This document shows, piece by piece, positions 37,786 through 50,300 of a DNA stretch of 64,000 nt. The position numbers were made by a program, and so were the translations under genes. This DNA comes from Raillietiella orientalis (taxonomy: Eukaryota): the NCBI GenBank assembly GCA_036172245.1, contig JAYWIR010000001.1, positions 5,022,001-5,086,000 on the forward strand. Direction: 5' to 3'. Within the stretch, counting starts at the first letter, position 1. Each line of letters begins with the position of its first letter. Under the pieces are notes generated by a model that worked only from the letters and a program-made list of their open reading frames with translations, was not told where the DNA came from and ran no database searches.

Positions 37786-39574
37786 TTGTTAATCTAGTTG
37801 GGTCTACAGTAATAAGTGGGATGTCTTCTGCGGTGGAACGCGAACCCCGGCACAGCCCCTTTCTCTTTCCTCTAAGTACGAAGAGTAGCATTCCGCAAGG
37901 AATCGGGAGCTCGTTGCAGCGTACGCACCTGTTGCTCCAAACGAGCATTCGTCATGCTTCCATGGTATTCGGAAAGAAAGCAGTTCGTTTTGATGGAACA
38001 CTGGCTGCGTGGACGGAGGCACGAAGTCCCCTCCCGCAGTGACGTGCCGCCGCTTTGCGAAGCACTTCCGACTGGTCTTCCCCTGGAGGGCGATGCTGTA
38101 GTTCCATCGCGTTCCCTCATTCCGACAACCTTCGTCTCGCTAGCCGTCTTGGAGCCTGCTGATTGGATTCCCACCACCTCATCCCTGGACGGCGTCCAGC
38201 GCGTCTGACCTTTTTTTTTTTTTGGAGAAAAAACAAAAAGGGAAAAGAAAAATCGTCTGCTTGCATTTCTAAAGAGATTTCCTCCCGAAGGAGAGGACGC
38301 TCGAGCCGGCCACCGATCCACTCGGGAGCGGTTTCACCCACGCGAATGACACACCACCAGGAGGAAGGGGAAGGTCTTCCATGCCAAGTAGGGCAGCCAT
38401 GAAGCAGGCGAAGTTCTCCCCCTCCCCCCCGGAAGGGCACGATAAAACGTTCGAATGTTTGCTTCTTGCATTTTATCTAAGTCTTGCAAATCCACAAATC
38501 CATGAAGGGTTGCAAGTGCGCCTCCCCTAGCATCGTAAATTGCGCCGGGAGTAATATCAACGTGAATCCAGACTGCAAATCGCTTTCAATGGATTTCTAA
38601 TTTTTCCCATTAAAATTTCGGGAGAGGTGATAAATTAGCGGAGGACAATGAAGTCCCGGCTCTGCTCGGCTTAAACCGTTGATTCACGGCGGACTCCTCG
38701 CGTCAGCTTCGGCACTTTACGGAGCTGCGATGGAAGGCAGTGGTGACGTCACCTGTCCTCGCGGAGGCAAGCTGAGGACGACCGAAAGCCAGCCAACCTC
38801 CTTCGCGAACCGTGCAGCGCATGAGCGGAACGTCCGCTTTCCTTCCCTTCATCTCGAGATTCGCCGCGTCTCTGCCCGGCGGGGCGTTCAGCTCTCCGCA
38901 GCTTCCGCCGCGGAGAGGTACCCTTCTGACCGGGCTGATTTGTTCGCGAGATTCCTCCAGAGGAGGGCGCGGCACTCCATCTTTTCCGAGGCAGTCCCTT
39001 TTTTCCACTGAGGAAGATGCCGCGCTATTTTATCCGGATTCAGATCGTTTGTGAATCCGTGGGGAGCAGAAAAGTCTGCTATCTTCCCTCCGAGAGGATG
39101 GCAACTTTGCAAAACGCAAAGAGGACCTCCGATCCGCTCGCCCTATTGGAAAGCGCCGCCCACCGAACGTCGAAGCAGAGCGCCAGAGTACTTCCGGTAG
39201 AATCAGGGGATTCATTCGAAAAGAAAGAAAGATCCTCCGATGGCCGGCAGGCAGATTCCAAGGGTCTGAGGAGGGATCCGAGAAGCTGGGAGTCGACGCG
39301 AGGGTTTTTCGGCGCGGTCGCGTTCTCGATGGTTCCTGAAGGCCTGTCCCGTGAAAGAACGAGGGGCAGCCCGTGGCCTCGTGCCAAATGGAACGAACGG
39401 GGCAAGCGAGTGTCGACCAAGAAAAGGTTGACTGCCGACGCTTGACTGCAAGGCAGAAAGGAAGCACTGGTTACACCCGCCGTCCCCGGCAATCCTCGCG
39501 AACGCTTTCGGCTTCGTCTTGCACTTCCGTGTCCTCAGGGGAAAGCCCAGAGAGTTGTCACGTAGATGCGCCAG

Positions 39575-41050
39575 GGCATTTAATTATAAATAAATAAACA
39601 TTCACAATCTCTATGGTTCGACAAGTGGTCCAACCACGTCCTTTTGAGTTCTAAACTGCCGTATTACCGGTTCGCAGACCGGTGAGGTCCACTACGGCAG
39701 CGGAGGGGAGGAGACAAACAAAAAGAAAAAAGAAATAAAAATAAAGATACACAAATAAAGTTGGAGAAGGGGAGGGGGTGCGGGTGGGATCACGGTTTTC
39801 TGGGAGCTGTCCTCTGCATCCTCTGCAGGATGCCGGCAAGCTCTTGCTGGATGACGTTTCCCAGGTGGGGCCATCTCTCTGCCATCCTCGTGAAGCGGAC
39901 GGCGAAGTGGATGTGACACCCCTGCCGCTTGGTCCTCCTTTTGCGTTGCTCCTGACAATCCCTTGTAGGTAGGAGAGAGCTGCTGGCGAGGCTGCCAGCA
40001 GAGGTGCGTGGCGCAGGAGGAGTAATCGTAAAGCGTCCTTGGAGTTGCCACCGGGGGCTCCTGGGGTCACGGCAAAGCCAGAGGGGCCGGAGGGCAGCAA
40101 CACAATCCACAGGCAGGCGCGGGAGGGATTCGCGCTCCGCGCACCTGGCACAGTTCGAAGCCCACACACACACCGAAACCCAGCGAGCGTCCCGCTTAAG
40201 CGCCCAGCCTGCTTCCCGTCTTTTGCGCAGCTCGTGCGCACGTGTGGAGTTCCTTCTCGCGTGTGATGGTTGCCTGTGCGCCTTCAGGCGGAGAAGAAGA
40301 AAAGAAACATTCCAATGCATTCGGATGCATTTGAGGGACGACAAAGTCGGATGTGCTCTAGAATTCACCCCGCTACCATGGGGGCAGGCACGGACTCTGC
40401 ACCGGCGGATGATTGCCGGAATGAGGGTATTTGGAGAATCCCTTCCGCTACTGAAGTGCGTGCACGTCGTTTGGGTCCCACGGAAAATTCACAGAAATTT
40501 CGAGGAAGTGCCTGCGATCCTGGGAGGGATGAGGGAAAGCGGCTGACTTCGTCTTGTGACCCAACAGCACTGATGGGGAGGAAGGAACTCAGGGTTCTCC
40601 TGGAATCCACAGATGGCCACTGTCGACGAAAGTGTTCCGATTCCTCTGGAGCGTGGAGCAAGGCGACCATGCTCAGACGTTGTCCGCCTGGAACCTTCAT
40701 GCACCTCGAAGTTCCAGGATCCCGCAAGAGCACCTGTTTCCGCCACCAGGACCTCAGCCGACTACTCCCGAAATCCCCCTTGAAACCCTCTTCCTGCTCC
40801 AATCCGGATGCTGAGGGACGGGCGGCCCTCCGGCGAATGTCAGAGGCAGCTACGTCTCCGCCTGTGAGGCTAGGGTCTCGGGCTACACCCATCTTCCTGG
40901 ACTGAGGACTCCTCGGCCGGTTGCAACCGTTGAAAAGTTTTCAGCACCCTTCCGCGGAAGCGGGAGCCATCAGAATTCCATGGTACCGTCGCCCTACTAT
41001 CCACGGAGACCGGCAGCACCTCTCGCGCAGGACCCCAGCCTAGCGTCCGG
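39575..41050 (-). mobile_element. Tx1/L1-like retrotransposon 3' portion, copy A (RT end, zinc-finger region, structured 3' UTR)
   Basis: GVLRERCCRSP (GVRQGCPLSP-like), RLRSWWRKQVL, APRSRGIG, then HWNVSFL..NCARCAERESLPRLPVDCVAALRPLW; then T-rich UTR with hairpins and an AT-rich end. 43/52 nt identical to 52871-52922. Confidence 0.65.
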
Positions 41051-42494
41051 TTCATCCCACAAAGACGGTTTTTCTTACGTCAACTGGTCAACCAGGGACT
41101 TCTGGAGCGATCCCGGCGTTCCACCACAAAGACTTCCAGGGCAGGCCGACGTCACCTCGGTCCCCAATCATTCTCTTTGCCCAGAGCGAATCCGCACCCG
41201 TGGTCAGACTCTTGGACGGCCACCATCTTATCCACCAGCTGCAGCGGCTGCCGAGCCGTGAGCTGCCTTCCGCGCCGCCGCCGCCCTCCTGTTGCCCATA
41301 GCAACCCGCGGCACTTCTCACGTGATCCGACGAGCGCAGCTGCGTTCGGTCCATCCGGCGGCGCCCGGTTCTTCTCGCCGAGATGGGTCCTCTGGAGACG
41401 ATCGTGGGCGCGGCAGTCCGCGCTTCAACGCTCGAGCAAGACAGGTCGGGAATTGGGGGGGGGGAGGGGGGATCATTTCTGCCCCAAGGTCTCCCGTTTC
41501 CCGGGGTGGGACTTCACTTGTCCCGTCCGCTTGAAGGGGAGTGCCCGAAAGAAGGAAAACGATACCCCCAACGTTCCTAGTCACCGGGATGTGCGGGAAT
41601 GGGGAGCAAGGTCTAGGACTGGAATCGGAACTGACCAGCAGCCGCTAGCGGAAGCGCAGCAAGCTGGAGCTGCTCTGCTCACGAAGAGTTTGGAGAGCAG
41701 GCTGAGGTGATCCCGGTCTCTAGTCATTTGCTTCTCCGTTTCGACCATGGAAAGTTATCCCGGAATGACGGTCGTGAGTGAGGATCAACGATGATTGCAC
41801 CTGACTGATGACAGTCGACAATGATCTATGACAGATGGCTGCGAGGGAGACGGCAGTGAGGAGGAGGTGGTAACCAGCCACTTAGTGGATGCCTCTCTCT
41901 CCTGAGAACCCAGCTCTCACGACTACAATTGGCAGGTTACGGTCGCGAAGAGCCTCCACCAGTGTCCTCTGATTGCGTTCTGGACAGACATAGGCCGTCC
42001 TCTCGTCCTGGTCCAAAACGTCATGCAGGGATTCTGACGTTGGATTCGGGGTTCTCTTCTCTTTAAAAAAAACAAAATCACCGTTTCAGGATGTTCTAAA
42101 TGAAGTCAAAAATTAGAACAGACCGATGGCGATCCAAAACTAACGAGCGAAGAGATCGCGCTAGGGCTTGCGAGCACATCCTCTAACAAGGTGGGCAGAG
42201 CACGACACGCGTGGTACTTGCCCCATCCGCTGTTGCCACGCTCTCGCATCCTCGCCGGAATACACCTTTGTGTATCTCTTCCGTTGCTTCGGCGACGGCC
42301 TCCCTGAGTGTGATTTGAGTTTTGCGACGCGCTAGCTTTCATCGCATCAATAGAATAAGAACGGAAGGCATCCGCTCGAAACGTTATCCGTCCCACGGAA
42401 GCAGTCTGCATTATTAATATTCACTCCCCGCCTCCTCGTATCCCTCGTCTTGACTGATGATTCATTTTCGCCGCTGCTGCTTTCCACGTCCAGC

Positions 42495-42496
<2 letters not shown>

Positions 42497-42559
<63 letters not shown>
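42497..42559. repeat. (TG)~31 microsatellite
   Basis: Direct reading. Confidence 0.98.
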
Positions 42560-42561
<2 letters not shown>

Positions 42562-43559
42562 CCCTTGGTTGTTGTTGGTCCTCACTCACTCAGGTACTCA
42601 AGAACCGTTACATCTCACCGTAGAGAAGCATCGGAGAAGCTTGGCAACCCTACCTCGAGGTGGACTGACAGCGCTCTTCCCTTGTCGCGCTTCCGGACGC
42701 GCGCGTGAAGAGGGGAGGGTGAACTAGGGAGGTACCGTCCCCTCTGATTCCAGAGGGAACTCTGAAAGGTCTGCCCCGATTCCCGTCTGCTGGTTGACGG
42801 GACACCCTCCGGCTGCATTGACGCGCGCGCCCTGCCACGCTGCACGCCCGAAGCCCATCCCTGCGCCATCGCGTAAGGGGAGAGCCGAATCCACGGCGCA
42901 TCCAGCTCGGCGTCCATCCTGTGGCGGAAATCGGACGTTGGTGGTTGCCGTCCGCGCGCGCGGCCACGGCGCGCGGCCACTTTACCTCCTCCTGGTCAGC
43001 CCTGCTCCGACTCGGTCGGTTCCCACGAGACCCGCGCGTTCTTCCTTGAATTCGCTCTGCGAGGACACACATCGAGACGGCGTAACCTCACTCGACCTTG
43101 CCGCCGAGGAGACGGTGCGCACACGAGCGGACGGCCTGTTTGCTTTGAAAGATATGCCTAGCGGAAGGACTGTGAAGGGAAAGAGGGGAGGGGGGAAATG
43201 CACCAGCATGGTCTCCTTGATGGAAGACCCATAAAAACGTAAGAAGGCGAATCTGTTGGCCGACCGGGTGAAACCGGAACCCGATTTCGAAAGCGTGCTC
43301 TCTCTCCCCCATCCCCCTTTGGGAGGATGAGAAACTGTTCCAGCACCTTCTCCCTGCCGATCAGACGCGGACCATGGTTCCGCGCGCCATGCCACGTCTC
43401 CACGGAGTCGCTTCGCTCATCTCGAATGCACGGACGTGCGCGAGAGATGAGCGATTCCAGCTTTCGTCTCCCTCTGCTCGACCCGAAACGCGGAGAATCA
43501 AAGGGGATCTTTCGGAGTGTCGAGCAGCCCGCGCGCGAAATCCCGCCGTCCATCTGGCA

Positions 43560-44030
43560 GCGATGGATTTCGAAGCGCAGTCGCTGCTCAGCTGCGTGAT
43601 GCATGTTTCCGGTCGTTGATCTCCCGAAAATCTGGACATCCGAAAGGTTTTCTCTCCTGCGCCTGATATCCCTGGGCAGCACCGGTGAACGAGGCTCCTT
43701 TCATCCGGCTCGACTCCGTTTCTTTCGCCCCCGTGAGCGTTGACCGGCGTCTCTGGCAGCCACAGGCCGCCCGGCCGGCCGCTCATGGACGCCGACTCCA
43801 GAACCGAAGATGCAGCTGAACCGCGTCCATCCCTGAGTTCCGGAAAGATCGAAAGGTGAAAAAAAAATTTTTTTTTCTGAAGCGAACAGACCATGTCGTC
43901 TGCAGAGACTGCGCTGCCAATGCAGAGGCCACCGGAGCTGTCAGGAAGGAGTTCTTGCAAATGGAACCTCGGAGATGCAAGCATCCGATGCGGAGAAGCA
44001 GCGGAAGAAGACAAAGCGAAGGATGCTTAG
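43560..44030 (-). mobile_element. Degraded non-LTR RT fragment
   Basis: CLLPLLLRIG (CPLSPLLF-like), GLCIGSAVSADDMV (FADD), AEQRLRFEIHRC (LxFNxxKC-like). Confidence 0.4.
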
Positions 44031-45469
44031 AAGAGGTTCCTTTGTAGGAGAAAGAAAGAAAGATTAAATCACGGGGCGGAAATTGCGAACGCGCGAAGAT
44101 GGGCGCGTGGCCGCCCCACATTCCGGGTCTCACTGCCGTCTCGCAGATTTAGAGAGGGTCTCTCCGTGCTGCCCTGACGAAAGTGACCCAATGCCCTGAT
44201 AAAAGTTCCCACTCCATAAACCATGTTGTTGCTGTTCCCTTTATTGTTATTGTTTTATTATCACCCGTGTTCTTATACTCCCACCACCCTTATAAAAGCT
44301 CGGGAGACGCGGGTCAGCACGGCAACCCGCGGTCGTCATCCTCGGTGCCGGCCAGCCCGGATCCCTTCGACCTCCCCCCTCGCCTTGCCAAGTCACAGCC
44401 TCAACACACCCTGCTCGATCCCTGGCTGAACCCGTTTCCTTTACGCCACGATCTCTCTTCCGGCACCTTCTCGCGTGCCTCGGTAGTCGCGAAGGTGCTT
44501 CTCGTGGAGTCGAGTGGGAGGGTCCTGACCTCACGACGAGGGTGAACTGCGTCGCCCTTTTCCCAGCACCCCGGGCAGGAGACAGGCAACCGTCCCCGGA
44601 AGGAGTCCTGTTGCTGGAACGAGGACTTCGATCCCTGGAGTGACGCCTTGGATCTTCGGACTCGTTTCACCACTTTCGTGCGAGCTCTGGCTCTACGTCT
44701 CCTTCCCGTCTCCGCGCGACGTCTGCCACCCCCCTTGTTTCCTTTCGTTATTAACGCCCTCCATTCTTATGTTGATTGGCCATTGAAAGTGCACGCCTTT
44801 GTGTGAGTGTGTATGTGTGCCAGCTGCGCTCTTGTTCCATTCTTCCGCGACGGTGCCAGCAGGAGGCGCCCTCTCGAATCACTGCGGATCTCCTCTCATT
44901 TTGCCGCAGCGGCAGGTGCTCTGCTCACGGCTCCGCTTTCTCCTCCTGCTCATCTCCCCAAAAATAAAATGACAGGCGTGATCGTCGTGCGATCCGGGAA
45001 TCGAAGATTCATGACACACTTGCGGGATGCAGGCGAAGACTTTCCAGGATCCATCTCCCCTCTGAGAAGGTCATCTCAAGGTGGTCACATGGTCCATAGG
45101 ATATCGATTGGAGGAATGGAGAAAAGGAGGGAGGACAAGATCCGTTTCTCTTCTTCTTCTGCAGCCACGGAGACGCGAGGCCGCAGGAAAGGACGAGGAG
45201 GAGGAGGAGAACGAAAATCCTGATTCGCATTCCCGGAAGATCCTGGACACTAGCGGCTGGTCACCCTCCTCCAGTCGGCAACTTCTGCAGGGTTCCTTCT
45301 TTCCCCGTTTCTCTCCACCAACTTCCCTCGAGGAACTAGGATTCTCTTCGAACAGGATTCTGGACGCCTCTCCCATGGTGACCCGTTCGATCGCACCTGC
45401 AGCGGCCGCAGAATGGCGTCTGAGGTTTGCTCGCCCCAGTGACCCCTGAGGGGCGGCGGGCGTCTCCGG

Positions 45470-46625
45470 AGAGAAAATTGCGAACTGGCGCCGCATCTGC
45501 TGTGGCGACAACCATTTGAGAACCCGAGGAGCAGGCCAGGATCGCGCATTAATGGCACTGTCTGAGAGGACCCGCGTCCACGGAACGGCTAGATTTCGCA
45601 GAGAACGGCGAAGCTTAGACAGGATGCTGGGAAGATGCTCAGAAAGGGAATTCGGACGGCTCATGGGGGTACTTCTCTCTTCGGGTCCGACAGCTGCCTC
45701 CTCGATCGACCATCTTCTGTCAAGTGCGAACACGGAGATCGGAGGGGAGCGCGGCTGACGCCCCGCCACGAGCAGCGTCGCTCTCGTGCGGAGACGCGAT
45801 GCAACGGCCCATGCCGAATGTGGAATAAAAGGGCGTTTCGAGGCATTCGCGAAGACTGGACACTTCACCGGTGATGGCGCCTCTCTTCCGGCCCTTCCCT
45901 GTACTGGGAACCCGCGCGCAACGGGCGCTGTAGTCGCACTGGTGGAGGGTGAGACTCTCTGACCACTCTGACTACCGCCCGACCCCCCGACGGGATCGGG
46001 AAAGGAGCGTGGCAAAGCTTTCCCCCTAACGGGGACGACACCCTCTGGGGCGCTGCGTCCCCCCGGACAGACTTCCGCCGGCCGCCGCAGCCTCCGCTTG
46101 AGGGCAGCTCGCGTTGCCATGGAACTTCTGCAGCCGGGGGGAAAGGCCAGCCTCTTCCACGCTACGGGGTGATCGTAACTGACTCCAACGGCGAGGTAGG
46201 CAGGTCATCCAGCCCACCCTACCCTCAAGGACTGAGAACCAGAAGGATAGGATTCGGCGACCCTCTTCCCTTCTCCCCATTATTTATTTTTGTTTATTTA
46301 TTGTCCCCTTCCCCTTGTCAATCCAAACCTCTTCCCTCGGATCAAGTGCACATCGGACAGCATCTCCCCTTTGTAGAGAACACTGGAAGCAGCGTCCCTA
46401 ATGTGTCTGTTTATTTTTTGATGACAAACGCCCGGTGCGGCCGAGTGAAAACGCTTGGACCGGTCCATCCCATCCCTATTTATTTATTTACTTTGCCTCC
46501 TACTCACCCTCCGTAGTTTCGCCCCCGGCAAAGTTCCTGGTGACCCTTTCGTTCGGGCAGGCAGATGTGGGGTACTTCCTTACGATCATACCCTTATTTT
46601 ATTTATTTATTTATTTTAAATAAAT
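45470..46625 (+). mobile_element. Tx1/L1-like 3' portion, strongly diverged copy
   Basis: ANWRRI..ALSERTRV, NFCSRGERPASSTLRGD (resembles CxRCGERESLSHLLVD), then UTR cccttctcccc-tttattt..ttgtcccc, tgtggggtacttcc, ending aaataaatgacctggc like copies A and B. Confidence 0.4.
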
Positions 46626-47109
46626 GACCTGGCACTCCTGCATAAGGAAGTCGGAGGGAGCAGAGAACAGACCAGAGAACAACATGCCATGCTCTTACCG
46701 GGGTCCATTGCTTTGTGCCAGCCCGGTTCTTCTCGGAGAAGTTGAGCTTAAATTGAGGTGCCGATGAAGGCCAAAGCAGCCACCTGCGAGCCCTCTCTAC
46801 ACCGGACAGCCCGGTGACCAGCCATATGGCGTTTCGGTGCTTCCGGCCGTCCCAGGTACGCTCACACGGCTGCAACTCTCCGCACGAGACTGTCGCCATC
46901 GCTCGACATCGACCCGTCAGAGGCAGACGGACCAGGATGCGTTGCTTCGCCGACCTCGGGTCAGCGGAGCTTCCTTGGCTCGCAGGGATGTAAACTAAGA
47001 AAGTGCCGAGAACTGGGGAAACTCAAGCAAGAAAGGCTTGCTACTGCCCTTTCTGCCACCCGTGTCCGGATGAACCGACCCTTGAGCTCCCCCACCTACG
47101 AATCCGGGA

Positions 47110-47330
47110 CGGGGAAAGCCAGGGTGTGGAAAATCCTTCTGAGATCTCCTGTCCTCCCTCCCAGAGTGTTCATGAAACCTCGAAGTCCGCTGCACAGCAG
47201 ATTCTTCCAAGACGAAGAAATGCTGATGATTTGCTGCTTGCCTATAGGAAAATTCCGAAGATGCCTCCATCTCTCGGACGGAGCACCTTAAGGAAATATT
47301 TACAGTCGATGACGTGCTCCCTGATTTTGT
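47110..47330 (+). mobile_element. Degraded RT fragment (possibly Penelope-like)
   Basis: SPVLPPRVFMK (SPxLANxFM-like) or GESQG, then RRNADDLLL, then KYLQSM. Confidence 0.3.
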
Positions 47331-50300
47331 GATGAGCAACAGGAAGCTCTAACAGCATTGGTTTCACAAGGGTGCCAGTAAACATCAGTTAATTAAGCAG
47401 AGTAGGAATAAGCAATAATTGAGATAAAGCAGATTTAGCAAATAGGGTACGTTAGTGGATCCAACGAATAGAATGCGTAACGGAAATAAATAGAATAGAG
47501 GAAATGAACGGGATGGATTCACACGCCACGTAAAGCCTTCCTCGATTTCGGCTTCGAGGCGTGAAGTCAGCGCGCGCGATCAGCATGGAGACCAAGAATG
47601 ATGAACTTTTTCAACATGTTGCCTCACATATGCTTCCACCCCACCCTCCTTCATCCTTTCCTCCTGCTACATGCTTGATCGAAGCGACTTCCGACTCCTG
47701 TCATGCCACGGAACAAAGAACGCAGGAAAGGACTGTACAATGCTACCTGTCCTGCAGTCCAGGCTGCCTACCCATCTGTGCAATCACTGCGAGCCTGGAG
47801 GAAGGAAAGAATAGAGGGTTCTTGGGTAGGATAAAGACCTAGGTTTCAAAACTGGTCTTCACCATCCCGAAGAGGGATGGGTCACTCTGAGGTCGTCTTC
47901 GTCGCTTCAGAGATGCCCCCTCCTGCGATGGAAGAAGCGTGCCTGGTGCCGTGTCGTGTCTTTACTCTGCCGGCGACTTGATGGGAAGAACAGACCTCGG
48001 TCGCTCGTTGCAGAGAACACGCGCACGCAGAGAGTGAGAGAATAAGGAGAGGGGCCATTCCCGGCTGCTCTCGAGAGCTCTTTTTCCATTACGCTAATCC
48101 CCCGGCTGAATCCTTCAGCGAGCGTAACTGAACGCTTCCAGTCCGGAGAAGGAGGAGGAAAAGGTCGAGAATCTCACCTTCAAACGAAAGGGAAAACTGG
48201 ACTGCAAGGAGCAAGCTTGACGCAGCCCCATGAAAATTCCAAGAGGGTAGATGGTATAGGGTGACCAAGTTGAAACCGGTCCATCTCCATTTCGGATTCG
48301 CGGCGCGGCTCCAGAGCACGCGATCGTCATGGTGACCAACATAAAAATACATGGCGAGGCTTCAGCCGGACCGGTTTGGGTGGCTCATCCTTCGCATTGC
48401 GATGAGCCGCAGGGAATGAGCGAGTGACGAAAGCGACCCCGACCGATTTCAAGGTTTTAAAAAGCCGGGCTGCAAGGAAGGACCTCCCGCCGAAATCTCT
48501 CCGCGCGGCTGCGTTCCCCTCCCCCATGCCGAGGCGCCACCCCCCCGCCGCTTTCCAAGAAGGGCGTTCGCGACGATGGTGGAAACCGCAGCGCGCGCTC
48601 CGCGGACCGACACGGAGCATCGTGACGTCAGCGCGCGCCCTCGGCATGGCGGCCAACAATGCAATCTAAAAATAGATGCTGGGCGGCCTCCCGCCGGCTT
48701 CGCGGCTTCTTGCGGATCGCTTTTAAATCCTCGCCATGGAGAAGGTGCGAGGAGCAAGAAATTCGCATCTCTTGACTTTGCGAAAGTCGGCTGGAGCGGA
48801 TGGTCCCTCAGGCGAAGAAACATCCGACGGAACAGTTCCGAGACGTCCGCCCCTTCCTCGCGCTCCAGAGCTGGCTGCCAAATGAGGGCTGCTCAAGGTA
48901 CACCGAAGGCGTCCGCATGTTCCGCGCCTCCTACTACCCCTCGGTTCCACTGGTTGCTTCGCAGTTCGTCCGGAAAGCAAGGCAAAGTACTTGCAAGTAC
49001 TTCTCGGGAGTTCCAGGCGTGAACGCAGATCCGGAGCCTTGCACGTGCGAGTACTTCCCAGGAGTCCCCGTGAAAACCGAAGGGCAAAGGTTCAGAGCGG
49101 ACGTGCAAGTTTCCCGTGGAACGGTCCTGCCACTTCAAAAAAAAAACTCCAAAACGAAATTGCAAAGAAAAAAAAAAAAAAGGCAGATAAATGGCATGTA
49201 ACTCTCATGGTATGCCTGCGATGCTTCGCACTCGTTCTCATTTGGATGAGGACAGCTCCCAAGGTGTCCGCGTCGAGGATGTCCGCGAGCGGCTTGCGAA
49301 GGGAGGGAGGGGAGAAAGAGGGACGTCCATCCATCCACATCTGCCCGCAGCCACTCCCTCCATCCCGGGATGCTTTTTTTTCCGGACGGTGGAGGGCAAG
49401 AAAAGGGAAAGGGAAAAACACACGACCTGTCCATTACTTCTAGCACTCGAATCCCTCCAATAATCGAAAATGTGGACGGGGGGAGGGAAAAATGGAGCAG
49501 CAGGTCTCTCCCTTTTTAATAACATTCCCCGCCTGACAAATGTCCGGCGGACAAGCGTCCGCATCATCTAACAATTTCCCCGACCTCTATGCGCTTTTTT
49601 TCTTGACCATTTACCACGTCTGAAAAGTGCTTGGGCCAGCAATTGCTGACTTTATCGACGTTTCCATGGATCCCAGGCATGTCACTCGGACCGATGGTGG
49701 AAAACGCCAATCAGAAGCATCAAAGGGACATGGGACCGGTTCAGCATCCGGTCCCGCTCTGCGGAACTGCAGAAATTAAAAACGCGACTGGGCCTAGGAG
49801 GTCTCCCGCATCGCTTTCGCAGCCCCCTGTTCCCCCTCCCCGTCCTTCGAAAAGGGAGTACTTTCCTCGCGCAACGGGAAGCTTCCTGGGATCTGCTTGG
49901 CATTCCCGACTTCCTATCGCGGCACCCGATGACCCGTTTCGTCCTCCCCCCTCCTCTTCGGCACTGGGTGCCCCCTGAGATTGGGTCCTTCTTCGGTTTC
50001 CTTGCGTCGAGTCATCGTCCCGCTTTCCAACGCTCATGCACGGACGGGTTTTCTTCCATTCCTTCAGGTAGTTGGTTTCCGGCCTTTCTGTTTCCTCGAA
50101 AGAAACTCCGTTCGAGGAACCACCCAGGGACGCCGAAACTCTCTCTCGTTGATGCGGGAGCCGCTGCCGGCGCTGAGCTCACGAACTCTGGAGAGAGCAT
50201 GGAGAAGGAGGAAGAGCTCGGAAGAGTCCGGAGTCTTGCCCTGGCTGCAGGCAAGGGCGGTCGCGTGTCCGGCGTCCTCGTGTCGATCGCGCGGTGTCGT

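Noticed and set aside
46621-46640. U1 snRNA 5' end (ACCTGGC) as the Tx1-like target
   Set aside because: Only 6-7 nt match; downstream sequence does not follow U1.
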